DNA from: Chloroflexota bacterium
Lineage (GTDB): Bacteria > Chloroflexota > Dormibacteria > CF-121
NCBI GenBank assembly: GCA_005889225.1
Contig: VBEW01000078.1
Span: forward strand, 703-64,702
DNA: 64,000 nt
Direction: 5' to 3'
Each line of letters starts with the position of its first letter. Within the stretch, counting starts at the first letter, position 1. The notes below the pieces were generated by a model. That model saw only the letters and a list, made by a program, of their open reading frames with translations, was not told the DNA's origin and did not search any database. Both the position numbers and the translations under genes were made by a program. Of the stretch, positions 35,409 through 43,994 are shown in pieces.

Positions 35409-37403
35409 ATGGCGCAACGGGTCCAGGTCCTGCCAGGCAAGGCCCAAAAAAGCCCGGCAGTCGTCCCCAAGCGGGATAAGAACCCTCATCCTGGTTTCCA
35501 GTCCCAAGCGGGCATCCTATTTCTGCAGTCGACCGCGGGCAATGCCGCGGTCAGTGCGCTCCTCGACGTCCAGCGGCAGGCCGTCGCCGTCAAGCCGCGG
35601 ACCACTACGACCGGGTCGCACCCGCTGGTCAAGCGCGGTTCGAGCGGCCCAGTGGTCGAGGAGTTGCAGACCAAGCTCAACCTGATCCCGAGCGGTGCGC
35701 CGGATGCCTTCCTCAATGTCAGCGGCAGTTTTGACGCCCTCACCGAGACTGCAGTGAATGCATTCCAGACGAACGTCATGGGAATGGCCGTCCCGGATGG
35801 AAAGGTGGGAAAGAACACCTGGCCCGCGATCGATAACGCCGTGGTGGCCGCCGAGAACACGCCTCACGCTCACCCGGTGCTCCATCTGAATGACAGCAGT
35901 GCGGCGGTCGGAGAGGCGCAGGAGAAGCTGAATGCGGTGGGAGCCGCGCCTGTGCTGAGTGTCGATGCGATGTTCGGGGCGCCGATGCTGACCGCGGTCA
36001 AGAACTTCCAGCACACGTCGATGGCCATCGCGATCCCGTCCGGGGTCGTCGATGCGCCCACCTGGACGGCGCTCGACAACGCTGCAGCTGGCGGCGGAAC
36101 GCGCGCGGCCCGAGGTGGCACTGGCATCGAGGAGCATGTTGGCCCCGCGGGAGGCGGCTCCCCGCTGGCAGCCGCCATGGGAAGCACCCATGTGGTCGTG
36201 GGAGCGGGCAATGTGCTGAAGGGGATCGCGGTCAAAGAGATGCAGCAGAAGTTGAACGGCTTCCTGCGCGGCAAGGGTAAAGCCTTCATGAAGGCTAACG
36301 GGGTCGCCGTGCTGGGCGAGGACGGGACGTTCGGACCGAAGACGCAGAAGGTGCTGACACTCTTCCAGACCCAGAACGGGCTGCTTCCTCCTACGGGTGT
36401 GGCGGATGCCGCCACCTGGAACAGGCTGGACGCCTTCACCTCCACTGTTGGCACCGAATCGCGCCGGTGGCAGGAGGTAGTGGGCGGTCACACCTATGGC
36501 CTGACCTCGGTCTATTCGTGGGCGCTGACGCCGAAAACCATCACTGTCACCGTCGGGCTGAACTTCGTCCCGCCGGCACCGGCTGTGCCCATGCCACCGG
36601 CTCCCCTCGGAACATGGTTGGGCTTCATCAAGCAGACCTGGAACCAGTTCAAGGCGGTCAATGTGGCCGACCCCACGAAATCGATCAACATCGCCTTCAA
36701 TCCGATCCAGTCCACGGATCCGTCTGCCCGCACAGTGAGGGTGATGCCGGGGGCTGGGCGATCCGACGCGGGCAGGTTCTTCGTGGTAGACCCGAACATC
36801 GCCAACACGGTTTCGCACGAGTTCGGACACATGATCGGACTCAAGGACGAGTATCAGCAAACTGCCGCGGATTACCGCGCCAGCACTGGATACGAAGCAC
36901 CGGTCGGCCAGACAACTGGACCGACCAGCGGCAAGACTCCCGCGCAGGTGGCTCAGCAGCTACAAACCGCGATCGTTAACAGGTCCGCGCCCAGCGTGAG
37001 TCCGAGTCCGGCTGCCCAGGTGGTCGCGGGGATGGGCCAGGGAGCCTTCGCCCAGCGAGTGATTGCGGCCTACAGGGCGCTACCTTCTGTGGCCGTCGCG
37101 GCGGTGGCGCACGTGGCCGCTGCCCCTCCGAACCTCGGCGTCCAGGCATCGCCGGCGTTCGCCACGACTGGCGACCTGGTGAAGGACCTCGACACGGGTC
37201 TGACCAACTTTGACCTCGGCAGCATCCCGAATGACAAGTACCAGGTGATCGAGGTGCTCAGCTACGACAGCGGTTCGATCATGGGCGATCCGTCGCGGCA
37301 GGCCGACCAGCACGAGCATGGGGCGGAGCCGCGCCACGTCCGCGAATTCACCCAGATCGTGGCACACACCAAGGGCGGTGCGTGGGAACCGAGGCAGCGA
37401 TGA
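35409..37403 (+). CDS. DUF4157-type toxin-like protein: N-terminal eCIS-effector signature + 3 peptidoglycan-binding repeats + snapalysin-like Zn-metallopeptidase (HEFGHMIGLKDEY)
   Basis: A 664-aa protein. Residues 35-55 (ILFLQSTAGNAAVSALLDVQRQ) match the DUF4157 'LQRxxGNxAV' core. Three roughly 65-aa repeats match PG_binding_1 (GxxGxxVxxLQxxLN...DGxFGxxTxxAVxxFQ). HExxHxxGxxDEY indicates an Asp-zincin of the M7 type. Confidence 0.75.
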   Translation: MAQRVQVLPGKAQKSPAVVPKRDKNPHPGFQSQAGILFLQSTAGNAAVSALLDVQRQAVAVKPRTTTTGSHPLVKRGSSGPVVEELQTKLNLIPSGAPDAFLNVSGSFDALTETAVNAFQTNVMGMAVPDGKVGKNTWPAIDNAVVAAENTPHAHPVLHLNDSSAAVGEAQEKLNAVGAAPVLSVDAMFGAPMLTAVKNFQHTSMAIAIPSGVVDAPTWTALDNAAAGGGTRAARGGTGIEEHVGPAGGGSPLAAAMGSTHVVVGAGNVLKGIAVKEMQQKLNGFLRGKGKAFMKANGVAVLGEDGTFGPKTQKVLTLFQTQNGLLPPTGVADAATWNRLDAFTSTVGTESRRWQEVVGGHTYGLTSVYSWALTPKTITVTVGLNFVPPAPAVPMPPAPLGTWLGFIKQTWNQFKAVNVADPTKSINIAFNPIQSTDPSARTVRVMPGAGRSDAGRFFVVDPNIANTVSHEFGHMIGLKDEYQQTAADYRASTGYEAPVGQTTGPTSGKTPAQVAQQLQTAIVNRSAPSVSPSPAAQVVAGMGQGAFAQRVIAAYRALPSVAVAAVAHVAAAPPNLGVQASPAFATTGDLVKDLDTGLTNFDLGSIPNDKYQVIEVLSYDSGSIMGDPSRQADQHEHGAEPRHVREFTQIVAHTKGGAWEPRQR

Positions 37404-37427
37404 TAGGGGAAAGATGACGGGGGAGAC

Positions 37428-38111
37428 ATGATCGTCAGCTACGCGCGCATCGGAGGCCGCGTACCTCCGCCCGACAACGAGGGCCTGCAGGTAGAGGACG
37501 ATGGCAGCTTCACGATGTGGCGTTCGATCGCGCCCTCCGTCGGCCGCTTCGCGGGAAAGCTTTCGGCGGATGAGTTGAGCCGGCTCAAAACAGAAGCGGA
37601 GAAGGCGGCTGCGCAGGGCGACGTCAGCCGGCCGCCGACAATGGATGGGTCCGCCGAGCGGTTCCAGGTCGAAGGCGCCACCGCGACGATGGGCAGCGAC
37701 GACTACATAGAGGGACCGTGGGGAGAGCTGGCAACTCACGTGCGCAAGCTGCTCGGCGAGCTGGTCAGCATGCCCCAGGCGGCCGTGGGTCTCGAGGTGG
37801 GGGAGGATGGGCGAAGCGCGCGGCTGGTCCACCTGGGCGACAAACCGCTTGCGGTCGATCTTTCGAAGCTGTCCATCCGGGCCGTCCTCTGGGGGCGCGG
37901 TTTTCGCAAGCTAGGGGACTGGTCAACCCCGGCAAAGCCCGGGCCAGTCCAGGCCGAGGCATCCGATTCGTGGAACGCTCCGCTACCCTTCGACCACGGT
38001 CTCAAGCCGGGCAAGAACAAGGTTCTGCACGTCTACGTAACGTTCGCTGTGTCGGAGAACGGTCAGCGAGCGGATGTTAGGGTCGAGCATACCCCCGCTG
38101 TTCCGGCCTAG
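37428..38111 (+). CDS. hypothetical protein tightly linked to the toxin-like gene (candidate immunity/inhibitor or accessory)
   Basis: The ATG lies 25 bp after the upstream stop, behind a GGGGAG RBS. It is 227 aa, with no signal peptide and no known domain. Confidence 0.5.
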   Translation: MIVSYARIGGRVPPPDNEGLQVEDDGSFTMWRSIAPSVGRFAGKLSADELSRLKTEAEKAAAQGDVSRPPTMDGSAERFQVEGATATMGSDDYIEGPWGELATHVRKLLGELVSMPQAAVGLEVGEDGRSARLVHLGDKPLAVDLSKLSIRAVLWGRGFRKLGDWSTPAKPGPVQAEASDSWNAPLPFDHGLKPGKNKVLHVYVTFAVSENGQRADVRVEHTPAVPA

Positions 38112-38129
38112 GGACTCTCCCCAGCTGAC

Positions 38130-38516
38130 CTAAGAGCCTGTCGAGCGCGGCGTGAGTTTGATCGTCGTGGATCGCGCCTGAGGGGTCAGCACGCTGTTGA
38201 GGATGCTTCCGGCGTAGCGCCGGTATTTGGCCCGGTAAGCAGCGTCGACTTGGTCGTCGATGTCATGGTCGGCGTCCACGAAGGTGACCTCTTTCTCGAC
38301 GCCGCCGGCCTGGATCCGACCTTCGTGCCTCTCCTTCGTGCCACGAAACCAGGCGCCCGAAGACCCCTTCACGGATCGGACGTAGAGGCTATCGCCGTCG
38401 CGGACCACCCAGATGGTCACTGGTTTTCGCAGCGTGCCGTCGCGTCGGCGTGACGCGATCTGTAGCTCCTCCGCGCTTCCGATCCGGGTGAACTCGTCGC
38501 TCGTCCATTCGGTCAT
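38130..38516 (-). CDS. DUF2255-family protein
   Basis: A 128-aa protein (PVTIWVVRDGDSLYVRSVKGSSGAWFRG). Confidence 0.6.
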   Translation of the reverse strand: MTEWTSDEFTRIGSAEELQIASRRRDGTLRKPVTIWVVRDGDSLYVRSVKGSSGAWFRGTKERHEGRIQAGGVEKEVTFVDADHDIDDQVDAAYRAKYRRYAGSILNSVLTPQARSTTIKLTPRSTGS

Positions 38517-38526
38517 CGTCGTGCCG

Positions 38527-39168
38527 TTATTGCCGGGTAGCTTCCTGGCTTGAACTTGTCAGCTCAAACGAGCCCAACTTTACCTCCCCGGCGCGTGCGT
38601 AGGAACTCGCGACAACCCCGCTTGGCGAGATCCGACTTTGTGTAAGGGTGAATCCAGCCGGCATCGTCCCCTCCGCAAATAGGCGCTTTCCTGAGCCAAG
38701 GGCAACCGGGAAGGTCTTGAGCCAGAACTCGTCGACCAGGTCGTTCTTCAGCAAAGTCTGAATCAAGTTGCCGCTACCATGAACCTGGATCTCCGGGCCG
38801 TCATCCTTCTTCAGTTGACTGATCTTCCCGGCGACGTCCCCGCTGATTGGGACGGTTGTTTTCCAATCAAGGTTGACCGGACGATGTGAGACAACGTATT
38901 TCCTGGCCCCATTGATCACGCGCGCAGCCGGGTCGTCATCCCCCAGACGGGGCCAGTAGGCGGCGAAGATGTCGTAGGTCTTCCTGCCGAGGAGCAGATC
39001 GAGCGGGTGTCCCATCTGCTCAGTCATGACGTTTCCCAGGAAGTCGTCGAAGTAGCCGACCGACCATCCGCCGTATTTGAAGCCGCCGCTGTCGTCTTCC
39101 CCCGGTCCACCAGGAGCCTGCATAACCCCATCGAGCGTGATGAACGACAAAACGATGAGCTTTCTCAT
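38527..39168 (-). CDS. dihydrofolate-reductase-family protein (RibD C-terminal-like)
   Basis: Reads MRKLIVLSFITLDGVMQ...GRKTYD...VVSH. Confidence 0.8.
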   Translation of the reverse strand: MRKLIVLSFITLDGVMQAPGGPGEDDSGGFKYGGWSVGYFDDFLGNVMTEQMGHPLDLLLGRKTYDIFAAYWPRLGDDDPAARVINGARKYVVSHRPVNLDWKTTVPISGDVAGKISQLKKDDGPEIQVHGSGNLIQTLLKNDLVDEFWLKTFPVALGSGKRLFAEGTMPAGFTLTQSRISPSGVVASSYARAGEVKLGSFELTSSSQEATRQ

Positions 39169-39334
39169 GTCTGTTGCCCGCGCCTCCTTGTTGGTGATGC
39201 CCTCTCAGACTACGGCATGGTCGAAAACTCATCGGCCGCGCCCAACTTACGCAGCCAATTGGGTCTTGACCGCCAGGCCGGTCGGGTGGCTGGTCAAAAT
39301 TTGGGTGCGAAAGAGCCCAGCGGCCTGCGTCGTT

Positions 39335-39712
39335 ATGGCTATGGAGATGGCCAAGACTCACGCCGAGCAATCGGGCTGGTTCGATTGGTTAGAGCAGGAT
39401 AAATCCCTTGTCCCGGAGACGGCGGAAGATCTCGTCGTTACCTCGGTCGGCGTCTTGCAGCTGAACGGACGCTTTCTCTACCTCAAGCGGGCGACTGATC
39501 TGGCCGACTTCACCCATGGGGAGCGACGGATTCTGGAAGCGCTCACCCGGCAAGGGGACACGGTGTTTGTTGCCCTCGGCTCGGATCCAGCGCACCTTCG
39601 CCTCTCCTACCGCATGCCCGACCTGGAAAACGCCGTCGCGTTCGATGGCGACGGCCTTCGCGCCCTTCTCCGGCTATGGTTCGTCTGGGCGAGTACGGAG
39701 AGCGCCGCGTAG
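39335..39712 (+). CDS. hypothetical protein
   Basis: The ATG at 39335 (MAMEMAKTHAEQ) starts a 125-aa product. The longer ORF upstream is antisense to the DHFR-like gene. Confidence 0.4.
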   Translation: MAMEMAKTHAEQSGWFDWLEQDKSLVPETAEDLVVTSVGVLQLNGRFLYLKRATDLADFTHGERRILEALTRQGDTVFVALGSDPAHLRLSYRMPDLENAVAFDGDGLRALLRLWFVWASTESAA

Positions 39713-39724
39713 TCTGCGGGGTCG

Positions 39725-40546
39725 TTAGGTTTCGAGGAAGGCGAGAGTAACCGCAGCGAATAGTGGCGAAATGCCCATGTTGTAGTGGGTTACGCCCGGC
39801 AGGATCGCGAGTGCGTGCCCGCCCTTGGGCCGGCCCTCGCCCATCCATCCGCCGTCCCTGAGCCCGCCATCGAGCAGCTTGAACACCTCGACGTAGTGGC
39901 TCGGCGGCGCCATGTCGGCATCCCCAGCGACGATGAGCGTCGGCATCTGGAGTCCGCGGACCTCTGCAGAGTAGTCGAAGTCCTTCGACATCGATGCCCC
40001 AATCTTCTCGAGTAGTCGAGGGAAGTCCTCAGGGCGTGGCGCGACCCTTTGGTACAGCTGGTACATCGGCGTGTCCTTCATGAACTCGGCAGCAGCCGCG
40101 TTCACCTGACCCTGCTGCACCCGCATCTCCGGATAGATCGCGTCGGGCCGGATGTTCGCTGAGGCCGCAACGAGCCGGCGGACCTTCGCGGGGTACTGCG
40201 CCGCTGTGTGTAGCGCTACACCACCACCGAGTGAGTAGCCCACGAGGTCCGGTTTGTCCAACCTGAGGTGGTCGATCAGTGCCGCGATGTCGCCGGCCAT
40301 GAGCCGGACGTCGATCGGTCGATCGATGTCCGCGGTACGTCCATGCCCTTGCAGGTCGGGGGTGATCACCTGGTGGCGCTCCGCCAGCTGCGGAAGAACC
40401 GGCCCAAACATCTCGCCCGACCCAAGCCCACCGTGCAGCAGGATGAGCGGGCGTCCCGCCCCATGAGTCTCGTAGTAGAGCTTGAGGCCGTTAACCTCGG
40501 CGTACTGGCCGGTGCCCTTCACATCGGTTGTCAAATCGGTCTTCAT
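39725..40546 (-). CDS. alpha/beta hydrolase
   Basis: Carries the HGGLGSG motif and the nucleophile elbow GYSLGG. Confidence 0.8.
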   Translation of the reverse strand: MKTDLTTDVKGTGQYAEVNGLKLYYETHGAGRPLILLHGGLGSGEMFGPVLPQLAERHQVITPDLQGHGRTADIDRPIDVRLMAGDIAALIDHLRLDKPDLVGYSLGGGVALHTAAQYPAKVRRLVAASANIRPDAIYPEMRVQQGQVNAAAAEFMKDTPMYQLYQRVAPRPEDFPRLLEKIGASMSKDFDYSAEVRGLQMPTLIVAGDADMAPPSHYVEVFKLLDGGLRDGGWMGEGRPKGGHALAILPGVTHYNMGISPLFAAVTLAFLET

Positions 40547-40613
40547 GCTTGTGCTCCTTGTGTGGTCAATGGAAGCTCGTGCCCAGGATCAAGACTCCGC
40601 CTATGCCTCGAAT

Positions 40614-41198
40614 TCATCGGCCAGTGCGCGAGATCGAGGCGAGCCATGCGTAGGCTTGTCCCAGATTCGTCTCGAAGGCCGATGGCTGGATGTAATTGAC
40701 GCGCCAGCCATCGCTAAAGACCGACCTGATCTCGAGCTGAGTTACCCGTCGCGGTCCCCAATCGCCAGGCTCCTCGTCGCTGAAGCACATCAGATAGTAG
40801 GTGCCGCCGAGCCGAATGACTCGCCCGAGGCTATCTCTGAAGCGGGCACGGTCGTCGTCGGAGAACACATGAAACAGCCCCGAATCAATGACGGTGTCGA
40901 ATGGCTGCTTGGGCACGGCGAGGTCTAGCGCGTCGGCGAGCTCGAAGCGAGCTTTGAGTCCACGCCGTCTTGCTTTGGCCCGCGCCTTCCTGATCGCGGT
41001 CGGCGCGCCATCGACTCCTGCCGCGGCGAAGCCATGCTCGGCAAGGTATAGGACGTTTTCACCGGTCCCGCACCCGACGTCCAGGACCAGCCCGGTGATC
41101 TGGCCGGTCTCGGCCAGCCGCATGATCGCGGGCTGTGAGCGGCCAATGTCCCATGGCGGGGTTCCGAGGTAGGCCGATTCAAACAAGTCTGCAGGCAC
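40614..41198 (-). CDS. class I SAM-dependent methyltransferase
   Basis: Motif I reads VLDVGCGTGE. Confidence 0.75.
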   Translation of the reverse strand: MPADLFESAYLGTPPWDIGRSQPAIMRLAETGQITGLVLDVGCGTGENVLYLAEHGFAAAGVDGAPTAIRKARAKARRRGLKARFELADALDLAVPKQPFDTVIDSGLFHVFSDDDRARFRDSLGRVIRLGGTYYLMCFSDEEPGDWGPRRVTQLEIRSVFSDGWRVNYIQPSAFETNLGQAYAWLASISRTGR

Positions 41199-41230
41199 GG
41201 CTGGACGTTTTGCCCCTAGTCTAGATCGGC

Positions 41231-41605
41231 TTAGCCAGCGGGCTGAAACAGCTCGATCAGGTTGCCGGCAGGATCGACAAAGAGCACTTGAGATCCACCT
41301 GGCCCAGTGACGACATCGTTTCGAGGCTTCAATCCGGCGGCCGCGAGTCGCTCAACTTCTCCGGCCACATCATCCACAATCAGCTGGATCCGGTTCCAGC
41401 CCCCAGCTCGCGGACGCTCGCCATCAGCCATGGGTCGGCCCGCCGAACTGCTTGGACCGCTGAGCAGGAGTCTCAGGTCGCCGCGCGAGACGTCAGCGAA
41501 CGCCGGGCCTGCCTGGGAGAGCCGAGTGAATCCAAAGTGCGTGGTGTAGAAGGCCACAGCGGTATTGACGTCGTCGACCATGTACCGCACATTTACCGTT
41601 GCCAT
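41231..41605 (-). CDS. VOC-family protein
   Basis: A 124-aa glyoxalase-like protein. Confidence 0.7.
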   Translation of the reverse strand: MATVNVRYMVDDVNTAVAFYTTHFGFTRLSQAGPAFADVSRGDLRLLLSGPSSSAGRPMADGERPRAGGWNRIQLIVDDVAGEVERLAAAGLKPRNDVVTGPGGSQVLFVDPAGNLIELFQPAG

Positions 41606-41821
41606 GGACCCTTCCCTGCCATCGACGAAGATTGAATGGACTGTACCACCGAGCGCCGGTAGTTAGCTCCATCTCTTCGCTCCGGGTGAGATGTTCCCGC
41701 ATCCTTGCTATAGATAGTGGTGTCCCGGCAGGTGAGCTAGTGTCCAAGATAGACAGGGATCGGATCAGTTGTCCTGGGGTCCAACGCTCTCACTCACTCA
41801 TGATCAACCCGGAGGGATGAA

Positions 41822-42613
41822 GTGCTTCTCGAGAACAAGAACGCGGTGGTCTATGGGGCGGGCGGTGCAATCGGGGCGGCGGTCGCCAGCGCTTTCGCTC
41901 GCGAAGGGGCTCGCGTCTTCTTGGCGGGTAGAACTCGTGTCACACTGGACAAGGTCGCCAGCGAAATCTCAGCCCTCGGCGGCATCGCAGAGGTGGCCGA
42001 GGTCGATGCGCTGGACGAGGGCAAGGTGGAGGAACACGCCGCAGCCATCACCCGGAAGGCGGGCGGCCTGGACATCTCCTTCAATGCGATCAGTCATGGA
42101 GATGTTCACGGCAGCCCCCTGCTCGAAATGCCCTTCGAAGACTTTGCGAGGCCGATATCCACCGCCGTGAGGTCGAAATTCCTGACCTTCCGAGCGGCCG
42201 CGCGGCAGATGGCCACGCGCCGATCGGGCATCATCATGACGATAACTGCCACGACGGCGCGTCAGGCCATCCCCGAGATAGGCGGCACCGGCGTCGCCTT
42301 CGACGCCGTGGAAAGCCTCTGCCGTCAATGGGCGTGCGAACTCGGCCCCCTGGGGATCCGCGTCGTCTGGCTGCAAACAACCGGAATCCCCGAGGCGCTT
42401 CATGATCCCGGCGGTATCCAGCCGGCCTACGGAACCAGTCATCCGATGACGAGCGGCGAGTTGATCGCCTGGATGCGCGACAAGACCATGCTGCGGCGGC
42501 TCACGACGCTCGCCGACGTTGGGAACATGGCGGCGTTGATCGCGTCCGATCACGCTGCTGCGATGACGGCGGCCGGCATGAACATCACGAATGGGGCAGT
42601 TCCGACCAGGTAA
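41822..42613 (+). CDS. SDR-family oxidoreductase
   Basis: GTG start behind a GGAGGG RBS; reads AVVYGAGGAIGAAVA. Confidence 0.8.
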   Translation: MLLENKNAVVYGAGGAIGAAVASAFAREGARVFLAGRTRVTLDKVASEISALGGIAEVAEVDALDEGKVEEHAAAITRKAGGLDISFNAISHGDVHGSPLLEMPFEDFARPISTAVRSKFLTFRAAARQMATRRSGIIMTITATTARQAIPEIGGTGVAFDAVESLCRQWACELGPLGIRVVWLQTTGIPEALHDPGGIQPAYGTSHPMTSGELIAWMRDKTMLRRLTTLADVGNMAALIASDHAAAMTAAGMNITNGAVPTR

Positions 42614-42617
42614 GGGG

Positions 42618-43994
42618 ATGGCTGAGCTGCCCACAGGCACCGTCACCTTCCTGTTCACCGACATCGAGGGCTCGACGCAGTTGCTCAGGGAGCTGGGCGA
42701 TGGTTACGCTTCCGTCTGGAAGCAGCATCAGCTGATCATCCGGGAGGCACTTGCCGCGGCCGGCGGGGCCGAAGTAGGCACTGAAGGCGATTCCTTTTTC
42801 GCTGCGTTCTCCAGCGCTCCGGGAGCAGTCCGAGCCGCGGTCGCCGCGCAGCGAGGCCTCGCCGCCCACGTCTGGCCGCCGGGCCACTCCGTTCGCGTTC
42901 GAATGGGTCTACACACGGGAGACGGCGTCCTCAGCGGATCGGATTATGTGGGGATGGACGTGCACCGTGCGGCTCGGATCGCCAGTGCGGCACATGGCGG
43001 GCAGCTGATCGTTTCCGAGGCCACCCGGGCGCTCATCGAGCACTCTCTTCCGGCTGGAGCGCGTCTTCGCGACCTCGGGAAACACCGCTTGAAAGACATC
43101 CTCCAGCCCGAGCACCTCTACGACCTGATTATTGATGGGCTCCCGGCTGAATTTCCGCCACCACGCACGCTGGAGGCCAGGCCGAACAACTTGCCGCTGC
43201 AGCTGACGTCATTCGTCGGACGTGAGGACCAGATCGGTGAGATCCGCGAATTGCTCTCTCGAGTGCGTCTCCTGACGCTCACGGGTCCGGGAGGAACGGG
43301 AAAGACCCGCCTGGCCCTGCAGGTTGCGGCGGAAACAGTGCGCGACTACACGGATGGAGCGTTCTTCGTGGACCTGTCGCCGGTCACGGACCCCGGCCTG
43401 GTTCCCGCGGTGATTGCACGCGCACTCGGCGTTGCGGAAGTGGCCGGCGTTCCGATACTCGAGACTCTCAAGGCGCACCTGCAGCACAAAGAACTCCTGC
43501 TTGTCGTCGACAACTTTGAGCAGCTCGTCGCGGCAGGCGGGGTGGTCGAGGAGCTCGTCTCAACGGCACCGAGGCTGAAAGTGCTAATCACATCTCGAGT
43601 GGTGCTGGCACTCCGGGGGGAGCACGAGTACGTAGTTCCTCCGCTGGAACCGCCGGACCCGAAGTCAATTGGTGATATCGAGACCCTGAGCCGCTCCGAG
43701 GCAGTGCGGCTGTTCACGGAGCGCGCCCTCGCAGTCCAGCCACGCTTCCGGATCACTACTGATAATGCTCAGGCGGTGGCAGAGATAACGGCTCGGCTGG
43801 ATGGGTTGCCACTCGCCATCGAACTTGCTGCCACGCGGGTCAAGGTGCTGACGCCGCAACAGATGCTGCCTCGTCTCCAGGGCAGTCTCTCCCTGCTGGC
43901 TTCTAGCGGTCGAACGTTGCCCGGACGACATCGACAAGCCCGAGCAGAGCCTGTTCAGGCGGCTTTCGGTTTTCAGTGGTGGCTGGACGCTTGA
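42618..43994 (+). CDS. adenylate/guanylate cyclase + AAA/NB-ARC ATPase regulator, N-terminal segment of a frameshifted gene
   Basis: The cyclase domain reads VTFLFTDIEGST...FFAAF and the P-loop reads LTGPGGTGKTRLA. The frame terminates at 43994, but the protein continues in the +1 frame (see the next feature). Confidence 0.6.
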   Translation: MAELPTGTVTFLFTDIEGSTQLLRELGDGYASVWKQHQLIIREALAAAGGAEVGTEGDSFFAAFSSAPGAVRAAVAAQRGLAAHVWPPGHSVRVRMGLHTGDGVLSGSDYVGMDVHRAARIASAAHGGQLIVSEATRALIEHSLPAGARLRDLGKHRLKDILQPEHLYDLIIDGLPAEFPPPRTLEARPNNLPLQLTSFVGREDQIGEIRELLSRVRLLTLTGPGGTGKTRLALQVAAETVRDYTDGAFFVDLSPVTDPGLVPAVIARALGVAEVAGVPILETLKAHLQHKELLLVVDNFEQLVAAGGVVEELVSTAPRLKVLITSRVVLALRGEHEYVVPPLEPPDPKSIGDIETLSRSEAVRLFTERALAVQPRFRITTDNAQAVAEITARLDGLPLAIELAATRVKVLTPQQMLPRLQGSLSLLASSGRTLPGRHRQARAEPVQAAFGFQWWLDA

